From Mobula hypostoma (Eukaryota), in contig NC_086097.1 in the NCBI RefSeq assembly GCF_963921235.1, positions 13,888,001-13,952,000 on the forward strand: a DNA stretch of 64,000 nt. The letters are read 5' to 3'. Of this stretch, positions 1 through 11,599 are shown one piece after another. The position numbers and the translations under genes were made by a program. The notes below the pieces were generated by a model. That model made no database searches. It saw only the letters and a list, made by a program, of their open reading frames with translations, and had not been told where the DNA came from. Position 1 is the stretch's first letter, and the number at the start of each line of letters is the position of its first letter.

Positions 1-1467
1 GGAAGAAAATCTTCACCTCACTAAATTTCAACCTTCCACATGTCCTGCTTCAAGCCCATTGCCTATGGACCCCTCAACCCAACCGAGCCTATACCTCCGG
101 AACCTGAGGATGGTGGAAGATGGTCCAGTGGACACAGCTCACTGGTTGTTGGATTCATGTTGCCGTGAATGAGGTATGCAGTACCTGATCAACTGAGAAG
201 GGTACAGCTCAGAGGAGAGATCTTGGGTGCCGTCCAGTTACATCTTACATCCATCACTCATCAGTGAGTTTTACTGAATTGATCTGGATTGTCCTGGGCT
301 GTTGGGTGTTGACCATGGGGAAAGGGAGGGTGATGGTCCTGTCAGGTCTTCTCCCAATCTCCACCCAGCTAATAGGAGTCACCTGCCACTCATTCCAGAC
401 CCATCACCAGCAGCCAGTTGTCATCCACGCCCCTTGTTCACTCATCAAATCAGCCAGCCTCAAACTATTGTTTCTAACCTTCACTCTCCCAGTTTAAAAT
501 TCACCTTGTTGCCTGTTGTATCTGTGGCCCCTCATGGTTTATCATTTTAGTCTATTATTAATTTATCATTTGCCACTGAATGGTCTCCACTGCTCTGCTT
601 TTGGATTAAGCCCCATCTACATTTCCTGACCAGGAGAATCCAAGTGTCCAAGAAGGGGCTGATTAGTGGATCAGTAGAAGGAGCAAGATAGCTGGGGGTG
701 GTGACGGGAGGTGGGATTTGAAACCAGTGGCAAAGTTAGGAAAGTGACCAAGAAGGATGATCATGGTTCATTAGAAATTGTGAATGGAAACAGAAGTGTT
801 TCTCCAGAGAAATTTCAGGAACAACAAAGGAAGGCATGGCAGAGGCCAGGGACGAGAGGGAACAAACAAGTGTGACTGGAGGAAGCACAACCGGACCAGA
901 AATGCAGAATTAAATATTGGATCAGCTGAAAATGATATGAATGGAATAATTCTTATAAAAATATAAAATCTGACCAAAGGAGGAATCCTGTGCAAACCAA
1001 ACTTCTAGAAAGCCCTGCACCATTATGTCAACAAGTATGGAAAAATCTGAATCTAAGTACTGTAGGGGGTACCAAATAAAATCGATATAAAAGCATCATG
1101 CATGAGAATTAATGGAAGTCAGCTTGACTAATCATCACATGACATTCCCAATTATAGCAAAACATGACACAGTATGATGGCTGGAGTTTTGTTCTGTCAC
1201 AAGAATTATAAAATGTTACACATATTATACAATACATTTTTACCTAGAAATTCACTGCCGATATCTGTGTCTTGTTCTCTGCCTCAGTAAGTCATTCATT
1301 AGTCAGTGGTCTGAATTTCAAAGACAGAGTACAATGTGCTAACATTACTGGTTATAATACCTTGTGCTATTATGTGGGGTTATGCTTCCAGGTACTGTAT
1401 GTGCATCTCTGTGCAATTCTAGACAACATTTTAATTATAATTTTCAGTGTATCCTTGTTTATAACAG

Positions 1468-1662
1468 GAGATGATTCAGTTCCATGAAACACCCAATCCA
1501 AAGTGGACCTGCTGTGGTGGAAGGAATGCATATTTACATATTGAAGTTCTGGTGGTCCCATTAAAAAGGCAATTCATGCAAGCAGCTCTGATGGAAATCT
1601 TCAAATATTCCTGTTTTAGACTGCTACAGCTGAAATCTGCAGCTACAGCCATGGACAATACA
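1468..1662 (+). other. Candidate exon in unique sequence (195 nt, open in phase 0)
   Basis: Acceptor ccttgtttataacAG ends at 1467 and donor ACA|GTAAGC starts at 1663. One frame is open (EMIQFHETPNPKW...AMDNT). No recognisable protein family. Confidence 0.2.
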
Positions 1663-1744
1663 GTAAGCAATGTTGTTTTAGGGCCTTTAAAAAATCTATC
1701 GCTGATCTTTTTGCATTATTTATTTAAGTTCTTTTAATATATAA

Positions 1745-1752
1745 TGTGTGTG

Positions 1753-1784
<32 letters not shown>
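1745..1784. repeat. (TG)n(TA)n compound microsatellite
   Basis: Directly visible. Confidence 0.95.
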
Positions 1785-1786
<2 letters not shown>

Positions 1787-1877
1787 TTTACTGTAATGTA
1801 CAGGTTTTTTATTATTATGTATTGCAATATACTGCCACTGCATAACAAATTACACAACATTTACTGGTGATATTAAA

Positions 1878-2152
1878 ACAACACACACAAATCGCAGGAG
1901 GAACTCAACAGGCCAGGCAGCATCAATGGAAAAGAGCACAGCCAAAGTTTAGGCCGAGTCCCATCATCAGGATTGAAGAAAAAATAATGAGGGCTCCTCA
2001 GCTTTTTTCTCTCTCCAGTCCGGCTGAAGGGTCTCGGCCTGAAAAATTGACTGCACTCTTTTCCATAAATGCTGCCAGGCCTGGTGAGCTCCTCTAGCAT
2101 TTTGTGCGTGTTGCTTGGATTTCCAGCATCTGCAGACCTTCTCTCGTTTGAG
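1878..2152. mobile_element. PLE terminal repeats, inverted pair
   Basis: Minus-strand copy followed by plus-strand copy of the GATGCTGCCTGGCCTGCTGAGTTCCTCCAGCA terminus. 15-bp TSD ACTGGTGATATTAAA at 1863-1877 and 2153-2167. Confidence 0.85.
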
Positions 2153-2291
2153 ACTGGTGATATTAAATCCGATTCTGATTCTGACTGATAAGTGTGCAGA
2201 GTGAGCCGATGTTTCAAAGTCTTCATTGATATGCATCTTTGGTCATTGGTGCCAGCAGTCATCGGAACCAAAACTGCCTGAGTGTAGGACA

Positions 2292-2405
2292 CACATCAAA
2301 GTTGCTGGTGAACGCAGCAGGCCAGGCAGCATCTCTAGGAAGAGGTGCAGTCAACATTTCAGGCCGAGACCCTTCTTCAGCATCTGCAGAATTCCTGTTG
2401 TTTTT
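2292..2405 (-). mobile_element. Short PLE terminal fragment with an inverted tail
   Basis: Close match to the reverse complement of 48177-48267. TSD AGTRTAGGACA at 2281-2291 and 2406-2416. Confidence 0.8.
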
Positions 2406-2584
2406 AGTATAGGACAGCTAAGAGACACAGATGCATCTTGTAGTGACAACTAATGGGGATGGTGAGAAAGTTGGGTGAAAAATACATGGGTTTTATTCTT
2501 AGAGGGATAGAAATGAAAAGTAGGGGCGTTCAGAATCAGTTTTGTTATCACTGACATGCTGTACGGCATGTATTTTTTTAGAGA

Positions 2585-2850
2585 AACAGTCGAAAATCAG
2601 CCCCTCTGGCCTTCAAGCTGCACAGCCCCAGTAACCCCCGACAACCCTGATTTTAACCCTAGCCCAATCACTGGTCGTTGTAAATTGTCCCATGAACCTA
2701 CCCAGTATGGTTTTCGATGAAGGGAAGAAACTGGACCACCCAGGGAAAGCACACACATTCTATAGAGACTCATCACAGAGAACTGAACTCTGAACTCGAC
2801 ATCTGAGTTGTAATAGCATTGTACTAACCACTACTCTACCACGGCACCCA
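2585..2850 (-). mobile_element. tRNA-derived V-SINE (HE1-like)
   Basis: Minus strand carries GGTAGAGTAGTGGTTAG and GAGTTCAGTTC A/B-box-like motifs, a V-domain-like segment and a CR1-type tail. Confidence 0.7.
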
Positions 2851-2859
2851 TGGATGTGT

Positions 2860-3230
2860 ACCAAAGTTTGTTGTTTGTAGAAGTTGTACGGTGCAATACA
2901 TTGTAAGTTACAATAAGAAATATGTAAAAAATAAATAAATAGTGCAAAAATAGAGCTAAGTAGTGAGGTATTGTTCATGGATTCATGGACTTTTCAGAAA
3001 TCTAATGGCAGAGAGGAGAAGCTATTCCTTGAATGTTGAGTGTGTGTCTTCAGCTTCCTGTACCTCCTCTCCGATAGTAGCAATGAGGAGAGGGCATGTC
3101 CTGCCAGATTGGTGAGGGTCCTTATTGAAGGATGCTGCCTTCTTGAGGCACTGCCCCTTGAAGGTGTCCCTGATGGTGGGGAGGCTAGTTCTTACGATGG
3201 AGCTTGGTGAGCCTACAACCCTCTACAGGT
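2860..3230 (-). mobile_element. Rex1/Babar-like LINE 3' fragment
   Basis: Matches the 3' end of the Rex element at 60361-63155 (RKAASI..D..H...SGRRYRSL region). Confidence 0.75.
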
Positions 3231-3289
3231 TTATTAGTTGGTCAGGTACAAGTACAGTGAAAAAGTTGCTTGTAGCAGCATTAGAGTCA

Positions 3290-3848
3290 AGTATGCCCCA
3301 TTTGAAATGCCTGCTTCGCTGCAGCTGCGACCGTGCGATCGAGAATCTCTGGAGGGGAAGGCCCCAAATCCTCGGCTTTGCCTATTGCCTGTTGCCGGGG
3401 CCGGGGTCGATGTGCTCGGCAGAGATGGTGCTCGGTGTCGGAGGGCTGGTCGGAGGCTCGAAGTTTTCGGACAGACTCAAGAGTCGGCTGTGGTCGGGTG
3501 CTTCCAGGGTGTTGCATCGGCAAGTTTGCGGCGCTGGAAGCTCATGGCAGGGAGAGTTTTCTTCCTTCTACCCTCTGCGTGAGATGATGGGACTTTCGTG
3601 AGACCCTGAGACTTTTTTTTACCGTGCCCGTGGTCTGTTCTTTATCAAATTATGGTATCGCTTTGCACTGTTGTAACTATATGTTATAATTATGTGGTTT
3701 TTGTCAGTTTTTCAGTCTTGGTTTGTCTTGTGTTTCTGTGATACCATTCTGGAGGAACATTGTATCGTTTCTTAATACATGCATTACCAAATGACAATAA
3801 AAGAGGACTGCGTGTCCTCATAATCTAATCTAATCTAATAATCTAATA
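3290..3848 (+). mobile_element. CpG-rich non-autonomous retroelement with a (TAATC)n tail
   Basis: Homologous to an inverted copy at 58887-59500. Ends ATGACAATAAAAGAGGACTGCGTGTCCTCA(TAATC)n. Confidence 0.8.
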
Positions 3849-3934
3849 ATGTACTGTCAATCCAGATAACACACAAAAGGAAGGTTGTATTTAACTTATT
3901 CAAACCAGTGAAAGAAAAAAAGACTTGGTAAAAC

Positions 3935-4390
3935 AAAATTCAAAGCTCAGAAGTTCAAGGTAAATTTATGATCAAAGTACATGTATGTCACCCTGAGATT
4001 CGTTTTCTTGCAGATATTCACAGTAAATGCAAAGAAACTCAATAGAATCGATGAGAAAAACTACACACAAAAACGGACAAACAACCAATGTTCAGAAGAC
4101 AACAAATTGTGCAAATACAAAAAGAATCAAAAAGTAAAATAATAATAAAGAAAGAAATGTAGAGTCCTTTAAATAGCGTTCATAGGTTGTGGAATCAGTT
4201 CAGTGTTGGGATGAATGAAGTTATCCCTTCTGGTTCAAGAGGTTGAGGGGTAATAGCTGTTCTTAAACCTGGTGGTGTGGGATCTATGGCTCATGTACCT
4301 CCTTCCTGATGGCAGCAGTGAGAAGAGAGCATGGCCCAGACAACAAGCTCTTTGCAGATGGATGCTGCTTTCCTGCGATAACACTCCTTG
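3935..4390 (-). mobile_element. Rex1-like LINE 3' fragment with a (TTGAAC)-type tail
   Basis: Minus strand reads LLLPSGRRYMSHRSHTTRFKNSYYPST; tail shared with other copies. Confidence 0.7.
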
Positions 4391-4404
4391 TTCAACAGTG
4401 TGAG

Positions 4405-4622
4405 TGACAGCTCTGTGGGTGAAAACGCCTTGTTAATGAGAGAGGTCAGAGAATAATGGCCAGGCTAGTTCAAACTGACAGGAAGGTGATAGTAACTCAG
4501 AGTAACATGCATTACAACAGTGGTGTGCAGAACATCTCTGAACAAACACACAACCTTGAAGTAATGGGCTACAGCCAGAGAAAACCACAGGAGGTTTGTA
4601 ATAAAGTGTCCACTGAGTGTAT
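4405..4622 (+). mobile_element. Tc1-like transposon relic (3' part)
   Basis: Reads MARLVQTDRKVIVTQ and ends in TIR-like AATAAAGTGTCCACTGAGTG+TA. Homologous to 18040-18225 and 47245-47450. Confidence 0.75.
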
Positions 4623-5379
4623 ATTTTGCACCTTACTAGGCCACAGCAGAGAATATCAGTGTCAATGCTGGGCCTGGTTTCAAGTGAGGGGATCTCCAGT
4701 GAGGAGCAATACATTCCCTATGTGATACACTCGATAACGATGCTAAACAAATTAAGTCTTACTATCAACACAAAAAAAGTACAGGGTAATTGAGCGTAAA
4801 ATCACACTCTGTTTCTTCTTGGCACGAACTGCAGTGTGTGTGCAACCAATGCACTACTTTTTGTTCAAAACAGAAAATGATTAACCTTTTCTATGATAAC
4901 AAAACCTATCTTAAGCTGAGTTTGTGGACACAAATGTGGATGTACTCCCTTTCAAGGGTATTCAGAGTGTTATCTCCTCCTAACCAGAGGCTGGAGATTA
5001 CCTCTTGTGTTTAAACTGGTATTACTTCCTTAAATGTAACTCTGACATTTTCTCCTGACCTCTGAACCGTATATGGCCTGACCTTCTCATTGGTAGACCT
5101 GATAACCTACCAAAATATATGCAGTCCTGGTCACTTATGCATCTTTGGCTTCCAACACGTCATCTTTGGAAGCTAGAACATGCTCTGAACACCATCCACA
5201 CACGTGAAATAAACTTGAAAATATTTATATGCCAGAAGCCTCAGCACACCAAGTCCAAGCCAACCATCAATCAACTATCTCACTATTCTTAGGTTATTCC
5301 TTCCATATACCTATCAGCTCACCCCATGTTCTACCACCTATCATCACACTAGGGGCAATTCACAGCAGCTAGTTGATCT

Positions 5380-5925
5380 CAAACGCAAGACACACAACAT
5401 GCTGGAGGAACTCAGCAGGTGAGGCAACATCCATGAAAATGGACAAACAGTCAAAGTTACAGCCCAGGACTCTTCTTCAGGACTGATAAGGAAAGGGTAA
5501 GATGCCAGAATTAAAAGGTGTAGGGAGAAGAAGAAGGATAGAAGGTGAAAGGTGAAGCCAGGTTGGAGGGAAAGGTAAAGAGCTGGAGAGGATGGAAATT
5601 GATAGAATAGGAGAGTAGACCATAGGAGAAAGGGAAGCTGGAGGGGCGCCCTGTGGAAGTGATAAGCGGGTGGGAATAGGTAAGAGGCCAGAGTGGGGAA
5701 TAGAAGAAAAGGGAGGGATTTTTTTTTTACCAGAAGGAGAAATCTATGCCATCAGGTTGGAAGCTACCCATGAACATAAGAAATTCTGCAGACCCTGGAA
5801 ATCCAAAGCAAAGCACACAAAATGTTGAAGGCACTCAGCAGGTCAGGCAGCATCAATGGAAATGAGCAAACAGTCAATGTTATGGGCCGAAACCTTCTTC
5901 AGGACTGAAAAGGAAGGGGGAAGAC
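5380..5925 (-). mobile_element. Two tandem PLE 3' fragments
   Basis: Two copies of the PLE terminus with degenerate hammerhead cores at about 5448-5485 and 5871-5907. Confidence 0.75.
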
Positions 5926-6889
5926 ATACACCCCAGGGAATGTGAGGAAAAAAATACTCAGGAGAAACTAATATGTCACATGATGAATCTGAAAACTCCA
6001 CAAAGACAATACCACATACTGTGAAATAATAGCTCTAATAGATTTGTCCCTATGTCATTCCCTTTTTTAAGGCAGTTTTCCACCTACCTTCAAATCCCAT
6101 TCTGTGACTCCAATATCAAATTCTGTCTGATAGTGCTCCTGGGAAACACCTTTGGACTTCTTGCTGCAATGACAGTGCTGCATAACAGCAAGCAGGTTAC
6201 TGTTTACCAGCTGTATATTACTTCAAGCAGTTACTTGTTGGGTTGGAATGTCTGATAGACAAGAGTCGATGTAACAAGGCTGACAAAGGACACTGTTCAC
6301 AGGGCTTTGAACATAGCATGAAGTTTTATTTTTGCTGAATCATCAGTCTGTGTGAGCAAAGAAGGAAAGAAGAAACAAATCAGTGTTTTGTGCATGCAAT
6401 ATGAGGGTTGTGTGCAAGCAGATGAAACTGTAACCTCTTACAGAGAGAATTATTGTTTATACTACCAAAGGTCTGGAGAGCCTCTCTCAGCACATTTCAC
6501 CTTCCTGAATTTCAACATCAGCAAGATACCTTTTGGCATGATCTTCAGGCACATTTAGAAGTCTAAATCACCTCACAATGAGTCGCTTAATATTCAGTAC
6601 AATTGCAATAATCCCAACTCCCAAACCATTTCAATCTAGCAAGTGAGTGTGCAATAAATCTCCAAATTCCAGCACTTTTGTGACTTCGGTGGCAACAGAC
6701 TGATAGATCTTCTGGACTCCAGGATTTTACTTCTTTAGGTACACTGCCAAACTTTAAATTCATCGTAAAAGCAGAAATTCTGTAGGTTAGGCAAGAGAAA
6801 CAATTAAGATTCTAGTGCATTTACCAGGAATATTTGGTAGAAGGTACAGTGGTCTTCTGAAAGTTGCATATCACAGGACTTTGTGTAAT

Positions 6890-7830
6890 AGAGTCATAGA
6901 AAACTACAGCACAGAAACAGACCCTTCAGCCAATCCAGTCCATGCTGAACCATTTGAATTGTCTCGTCCCATCAACCTGCACCTAGACCAGAGCCCTCTC
7001 ATCCAGGTACCTATCCAATCTTCTCTTAAATGTTGATTTCAAAGTCACATCCACCATTCCACACTTTCACAACCCTCTGAGTGAAGAAGTTCCCCCTCAT
7101 GTTTCCCTTACATATCTCACCTTCGCCCTTAACTGGACTGGGACTGGTCAAAGAACACTGAGGCTGTCTACAAGAAGGGTCAGAGCCGTCTCTATTTCCT
7201 GCCGGACGATGCTGAGGATGTCCTACTCTGGTGGCCACTGCTATATGTTTGCTGTTGTGTGCTGGGGCAGCAGGCTGAGGGTAGCAGACACCAACAGAAT
7301 CAACAAACTCACCCATAAGGCCAGTGATGTTGTGGGGATGGAACTGGACTCTCTGATGGTGGTGTCTGAAAAGAGGATGCTGTCTAAGTTGCATGCCATC
7401 TTGGTCAATGTCTCCCATCCACTACATAATGTGCTGGGTGGGCACAGGAGTACTTTCAGTTAGAGGCTCATTCCACCGAGATGCAACACAGAGTGTCATA
7501 AGAAATCATTCCTGCCTGTGGCCATCAAACTTTACAACTCCTCCCTTGGAGGGTCAGACACCCTGAGCCAATAGGCTGGTCCTGGACTTATTTCCAGGCA
7601 TAATTTTTATATTACTATTTAATTATTTATTGTTTTATTATTATTTAATTATTTATGGTGCAACTGTAACGAAAAACAATTTCCCTCGGGATCAATAAAG
7701 TATGACTATGACTATGACTATGACTAACCCACAACTTCTAGTTGAAGTCTCACCCAACCCCAGTGAAAAAAGCTTGCTTGGATTTACCCTTACTTACCCT
7801 TATAATTTTGTATACCTCCATCAAACACCT
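6890..7830 (-). mobile_element. CR1 3' fragment interrupted by a Rex insertion
   Basis: KGNMRGNFFTQRVVKVWN on the minus strand; sequence resumes after 7724. Confidence 0.75.
7134..7724 (+). mobile_element. Rex1/Babar-type LINE 3' fragment with an (ATGACT)n tail
   Basis: LDWSKNTEAVYKKGQSRLYFL and FAVVCWGS motifs; tail GGATCAATAAAGT(ATGACT)n; short TAAC duplication. Confidence 0.8.
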
Positions 7831-8081
7831 TTCAATCTGGACTCTTCACAGAGCTTCACTTTGGTACAAATACCAATTGCTGTTAGAAGGCCAATAATTC
7901 AGTCAATAATGTCTTCTGGTCTACCAGAAAGTTAGAAAGGTAGTTTTCTAGTGCCAGTAGCTGAATATCTCCACACAGTTGACTAAATGATGGGGGCCGT
8001 ATTGGAGTTTAGTACAGCAGGCACTTCTGCTGTCTGGGGAAAGGCCACAGTTTAAGGTGCTCCTACCAATTCACATAGAGA

Positions 8082-8875
8082 GGTTTCCAGTAAGATGGTA
8101 GCAAGTATGGTGGCAGCGGCGTCTCCGGGCCCAAGCAAAGGCGTAATTTTCGACCTTTGTTTCTTTTGTGTGATCACAAGACAGATTGGATATTGAAAAC
8201 ATCAAATGCTGCAAGTCTGTCCTACTGGCGAGTTGCTCAGTAGAGCTGGAGCTGGACCTGTTGTTTATCACGTTGCCCGCGACTACAGCGACACAAGGAG
8301 AAACTGTCAAAGGTGGCCGCACAGAGGCTTTGTGCAGATCACCAAGCGGTGCAAAGGATTAGCTCGGATAATTACCACGTGATTGCAGGACCCTGTTGGA
8401 CTTCGGTGAGACCGACAGCGGGGAGAGCTGCGTAGCCTCAGTTGTCGTGCAGAGCAGGCCTACATGCCATGGAGTCACCTGTCGTAGCCACTCAGGGAAG
8501 GAAGTACCAGAAACGGTGTGGTAGAGAGCGGGAGCAAGTGCTGGGTTGGAGGCTGGCCTTTCAAGTCGGTGCTGCTCTCCAGTGCTCGCTCGGTGAAGAC
8601 AAGTTGGACTGCATTCATCTGCGGCTGTACTAGTGGGTGATGAGGGCTGTTGCACCATCAACCTACAGGCCATGACACTCAGCGACTTGGGCTACAGGTA
8701 TATTTTTATTGTTGTGACTGAATAATTTTCTGTCATCGTAACACTATGTGCAAAATGTGCTATGTGCTGTGTGTGATTGTTGATACTGTGTTTTAAACCA
8801 TGGCCCTGGAGGAATGCTTTTTCATTTTGCTCTATTCACTGTACGATTGAATGACAAATAAACTTGTATTTGAAC
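8082..8875 (+). mobile_element. Internally deleted (bipartite) Rex1-like non-autonomous element
   Basis: CpG-rich 5' part, a degenerate ORF N-terminus (GRKYQKRCGR...SLGEDKLDCIHLRL), then a 3' tail shared with Rex fragments at 22490 and 42575. Confidence 0.6.
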
Positions 8876-9129
8876 CTGTGTTAAAAAACTTCTTGGACTT
8901 TGCTTGAGTGGTCTATGTAAGCAAAAATTAATATTTGAGATAATGTAGCTGGGATTATATGCCTTGCATAAAAGTAGTGCGGAATGAATGTTGTACGTCA
9001 TATGCAATTGCAAATCTTTTGAGTGAGGTAATATTATTTGAAATTAAAAATAAACTGGTTTAGCCTGTGAAACACATGGCCCATAAATTAATAAAAAATA
9101 AGGTTTAAGAATAGAAACGTATAAAATTA

Positions 9130-9255
9130 TAAACACAAGAAAATCTGCAGATGCTAGAAATCCAAAGCAACACACAATATGCTGGAGGAACTCAGCAGGT
9201 CAGGCAGCATCTCTGGAAATAAATAACCGGTCGATGTTTTCGGCTGAGGCCTGTT
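9130..9255 (-). mobile_element. PLE terminal fragment
   Basis: AAACACAAGAAAATCTGCAGATGCT...GCTGGAGGAACTCAGCAGGTCAGGCAGCATC. Confidence 0.75.
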
Positions 9256-9470
9256 TCGCAAAATGGCAAATACTAGAGGGTATAGATTTAATATGAAAGG
9301 GAAAAAACTTGAAGATTTCTTACAAAGAGACTGTTAAGTGCCTGGGAAAATACTGCTTGGTGGAAGCAGTTAGGATTGCAATGTATAAGTGGTATTTAAA
9401 ATGCCATATGAACAACCGATCTAAGCCCTGTGCAGGTTGTTGAGAATAGTTTGGACAGGCAGGAACATTC

Positions 9471-10043
9471 TAGACAATAGACAATAGGTGCAGGAGTAGG
9501 CCATTCAGCCCTTCGAGCCAGCACTGCCATTCACTGTGATCATGGCTGATCATCCACTATCAGTATCCAGTTCCTGCCTTATCCCTATAACCTTTGATTC
9601 CGCTATCTTTAAGAGCTCTATCCATCTCTTTTTTGAAAGCCTCCAGAGACTTGGCCTCCACAGCCTTCTGGGGCAGAGCATTCCATATATCCACCACTCT
9701 CTGGGTGAAAAAGTTTTTCCTCAACTCCGTTCTAAATGGCCTACCCCTAATTCTTAAACTGTGGCCTCAATTTCTGGACTCACCCATCAGCGGGAACATG
9801 CTTCCTGCCTGCAGCGTGTCCAATCCCTTAATAATCTTATATGTTTCAATAAGATCCCAGCTCAGCCTTCTAAATTCCAGAGTATACAAGCCCAGTCGCT
9901 CCAATCTTTCGACATATGACAGTCCCGCAATCCCGGGAATTAACCTTGTGAACCTACGCTGCACTCCCTCAATAGCAAGAATGCCCTTCCTCAAATTTGG
10001 AGACCAAAACTGCACACAGTACTCCAGGTGTGGCCTCACCAGG
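9471..10043 (-). mobile_element. CR1 LINE 3' fragment with a (CTATTGT)n tail
   Basis: ORF 9767-10039 reads RPHLEYCVQFWSP...EGVQRRFTRLIPG, the CR1 ORF2 C-terminus. Confidence 0.9.
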
Positions 10044-10349
10044 GTGAAATTATGGGTGAAAAGACCTGTTCCTTTGGAGACATAGAGGTAGCAGACGCTG
10101 GGAAGTAGAGCAACAGGGCAAAGTGCTGGAGGAACTCAGTGGGTCACACAAAAGTAATTGCCGTTGATTTGGGTCAAAACTCTATCAAGAGCGAAAAGGT
10201 GAGATTACCTGCAAAAAGAGGACAAGGCGAATAGTGAGAAAGGATTACAAGGTGATTAGAGGACTGAGAAGGGATGTTAAGAATTTCCGAATGGATAATG
10301 AACCCAGGTGCACTACCTCACTATTTTTTTGTTCTCTTATTTTTATTGA

Positions 10350-10560
10350 TATACAGTGTGGAACAAGCTCTTCTGGTTCTTTGAACCATGCCACCCAGCA
10401 ATACCCCGATTTAATCGAGCCTAATCACAGGACAACTTACAATAGCTAATTAACCTTCCAACCAGTATGTCTTTAGACTTTGGGAGGAAACAGGAGCACC
10501 CAGAGAAAACCCACATGACAACAGGGAGAACTTACAAAACTTACAGGCAGAGACGGCAAT
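10350..10560 (-). mobile_element. V-SINE (HE1-like)
   Basis: GGGAGGAAACAGGAGCACCCAGAGAAAACCCAC is the reverse complement of the V-domain. Confidence 0.75.
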
Positions 10561-11599
10561 TTTGCATGACATTAATTTAATTGTAATTTGTGGGTATGTT
10601 TATTTATTAAATATTGCATTATAACGCTGCTGCAAAACAACAAATTTCACGACATCTGCCAGTGAGATTAAACCTGATTCTGATTCTGGGATGACAGGCA
10701 GGTAGTTCCATGTAGGGGAGGTGAGTGGGAGTGGAGTGGGAAGATTGTGGAGGTGAATGATCGAAGGAGCAGACCGGAGGCCTGTTCTGTTCTGTAGTTT
10801 TCTGGGTCTTTGAAGACAAAAAAAAACAGTTACCAGTTTCTAGCTGCATATGTGAGGGAAGAAACACATAGCACATTTCAGGCTAGTGACCTTTCATTAG
10901 AAATGGAAAAGGTTTGAAATTTAACAGGTTTTAAACAAAAGTAAGCAGAGAAAAAGAAGAGGGAGGGCAGGAACAAAAGGGAAGATGATTATCTGTTTAA
11001 TTTATGAAAGGAGACTGCACCATATGTTGCTCTTTACGGACTTGGCTTCTTTAAACTTAGAAAAGTTCTTTTCTCTGCACTACATTCTGGTTCGAGTGAC
11101 ATTGCAGTTACTGATGAAGGGTGATATAATTCGTGGGTTATGAAATTCAATATCAGTATATCTTCAAATTCTGTGAAAAGTTGCTCGGAGCAGTTTCAAG
11201 CCCAACCAAACCACAATAACGTAAGTAGACAGTGAGCACAATGCCAGAGAAAATCCCCTCACTGCTGAAATAAAATTATAACGTGTTTGGCTGATCCATC
11301 ACAAAATAGCAATATGTAATAGGTGCACCTGGCAAGACCTTTGTCTGTCACTCAGAGCCTTCATCAATAAGGCAGGGTTCAGCAGTAATTAAGCTGTTTT
11401 TTCTTGCAAGAGCATACAGTTAACTGAACTTATGGAGAGTCAACCAAAGTCACAGTTCTGTTCGGAACGGTCATGACTTCACAACATGCAAATCTCACAA
11501 ATTGTTTCCTTTAGCACTAGTTCCTCACACGACCCCCTAAGGGGACCATCAAACCGTGAAGTTTTCAGATTGGAGCAAGTTGGGAGATTAAACGTTAGA

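Noticed and set aside
300..710. Possible solo LTR
   Set aside because: No clear TG...CA termini or TSD and no second copy in the window.
3125..3601. Overlapping GC-rich ORFs of 78-158 aa
   Set aside because: They span a Rex fragment and a GC-rich repeat where stop codons are scarce, and the second copy does not preserve the frames.
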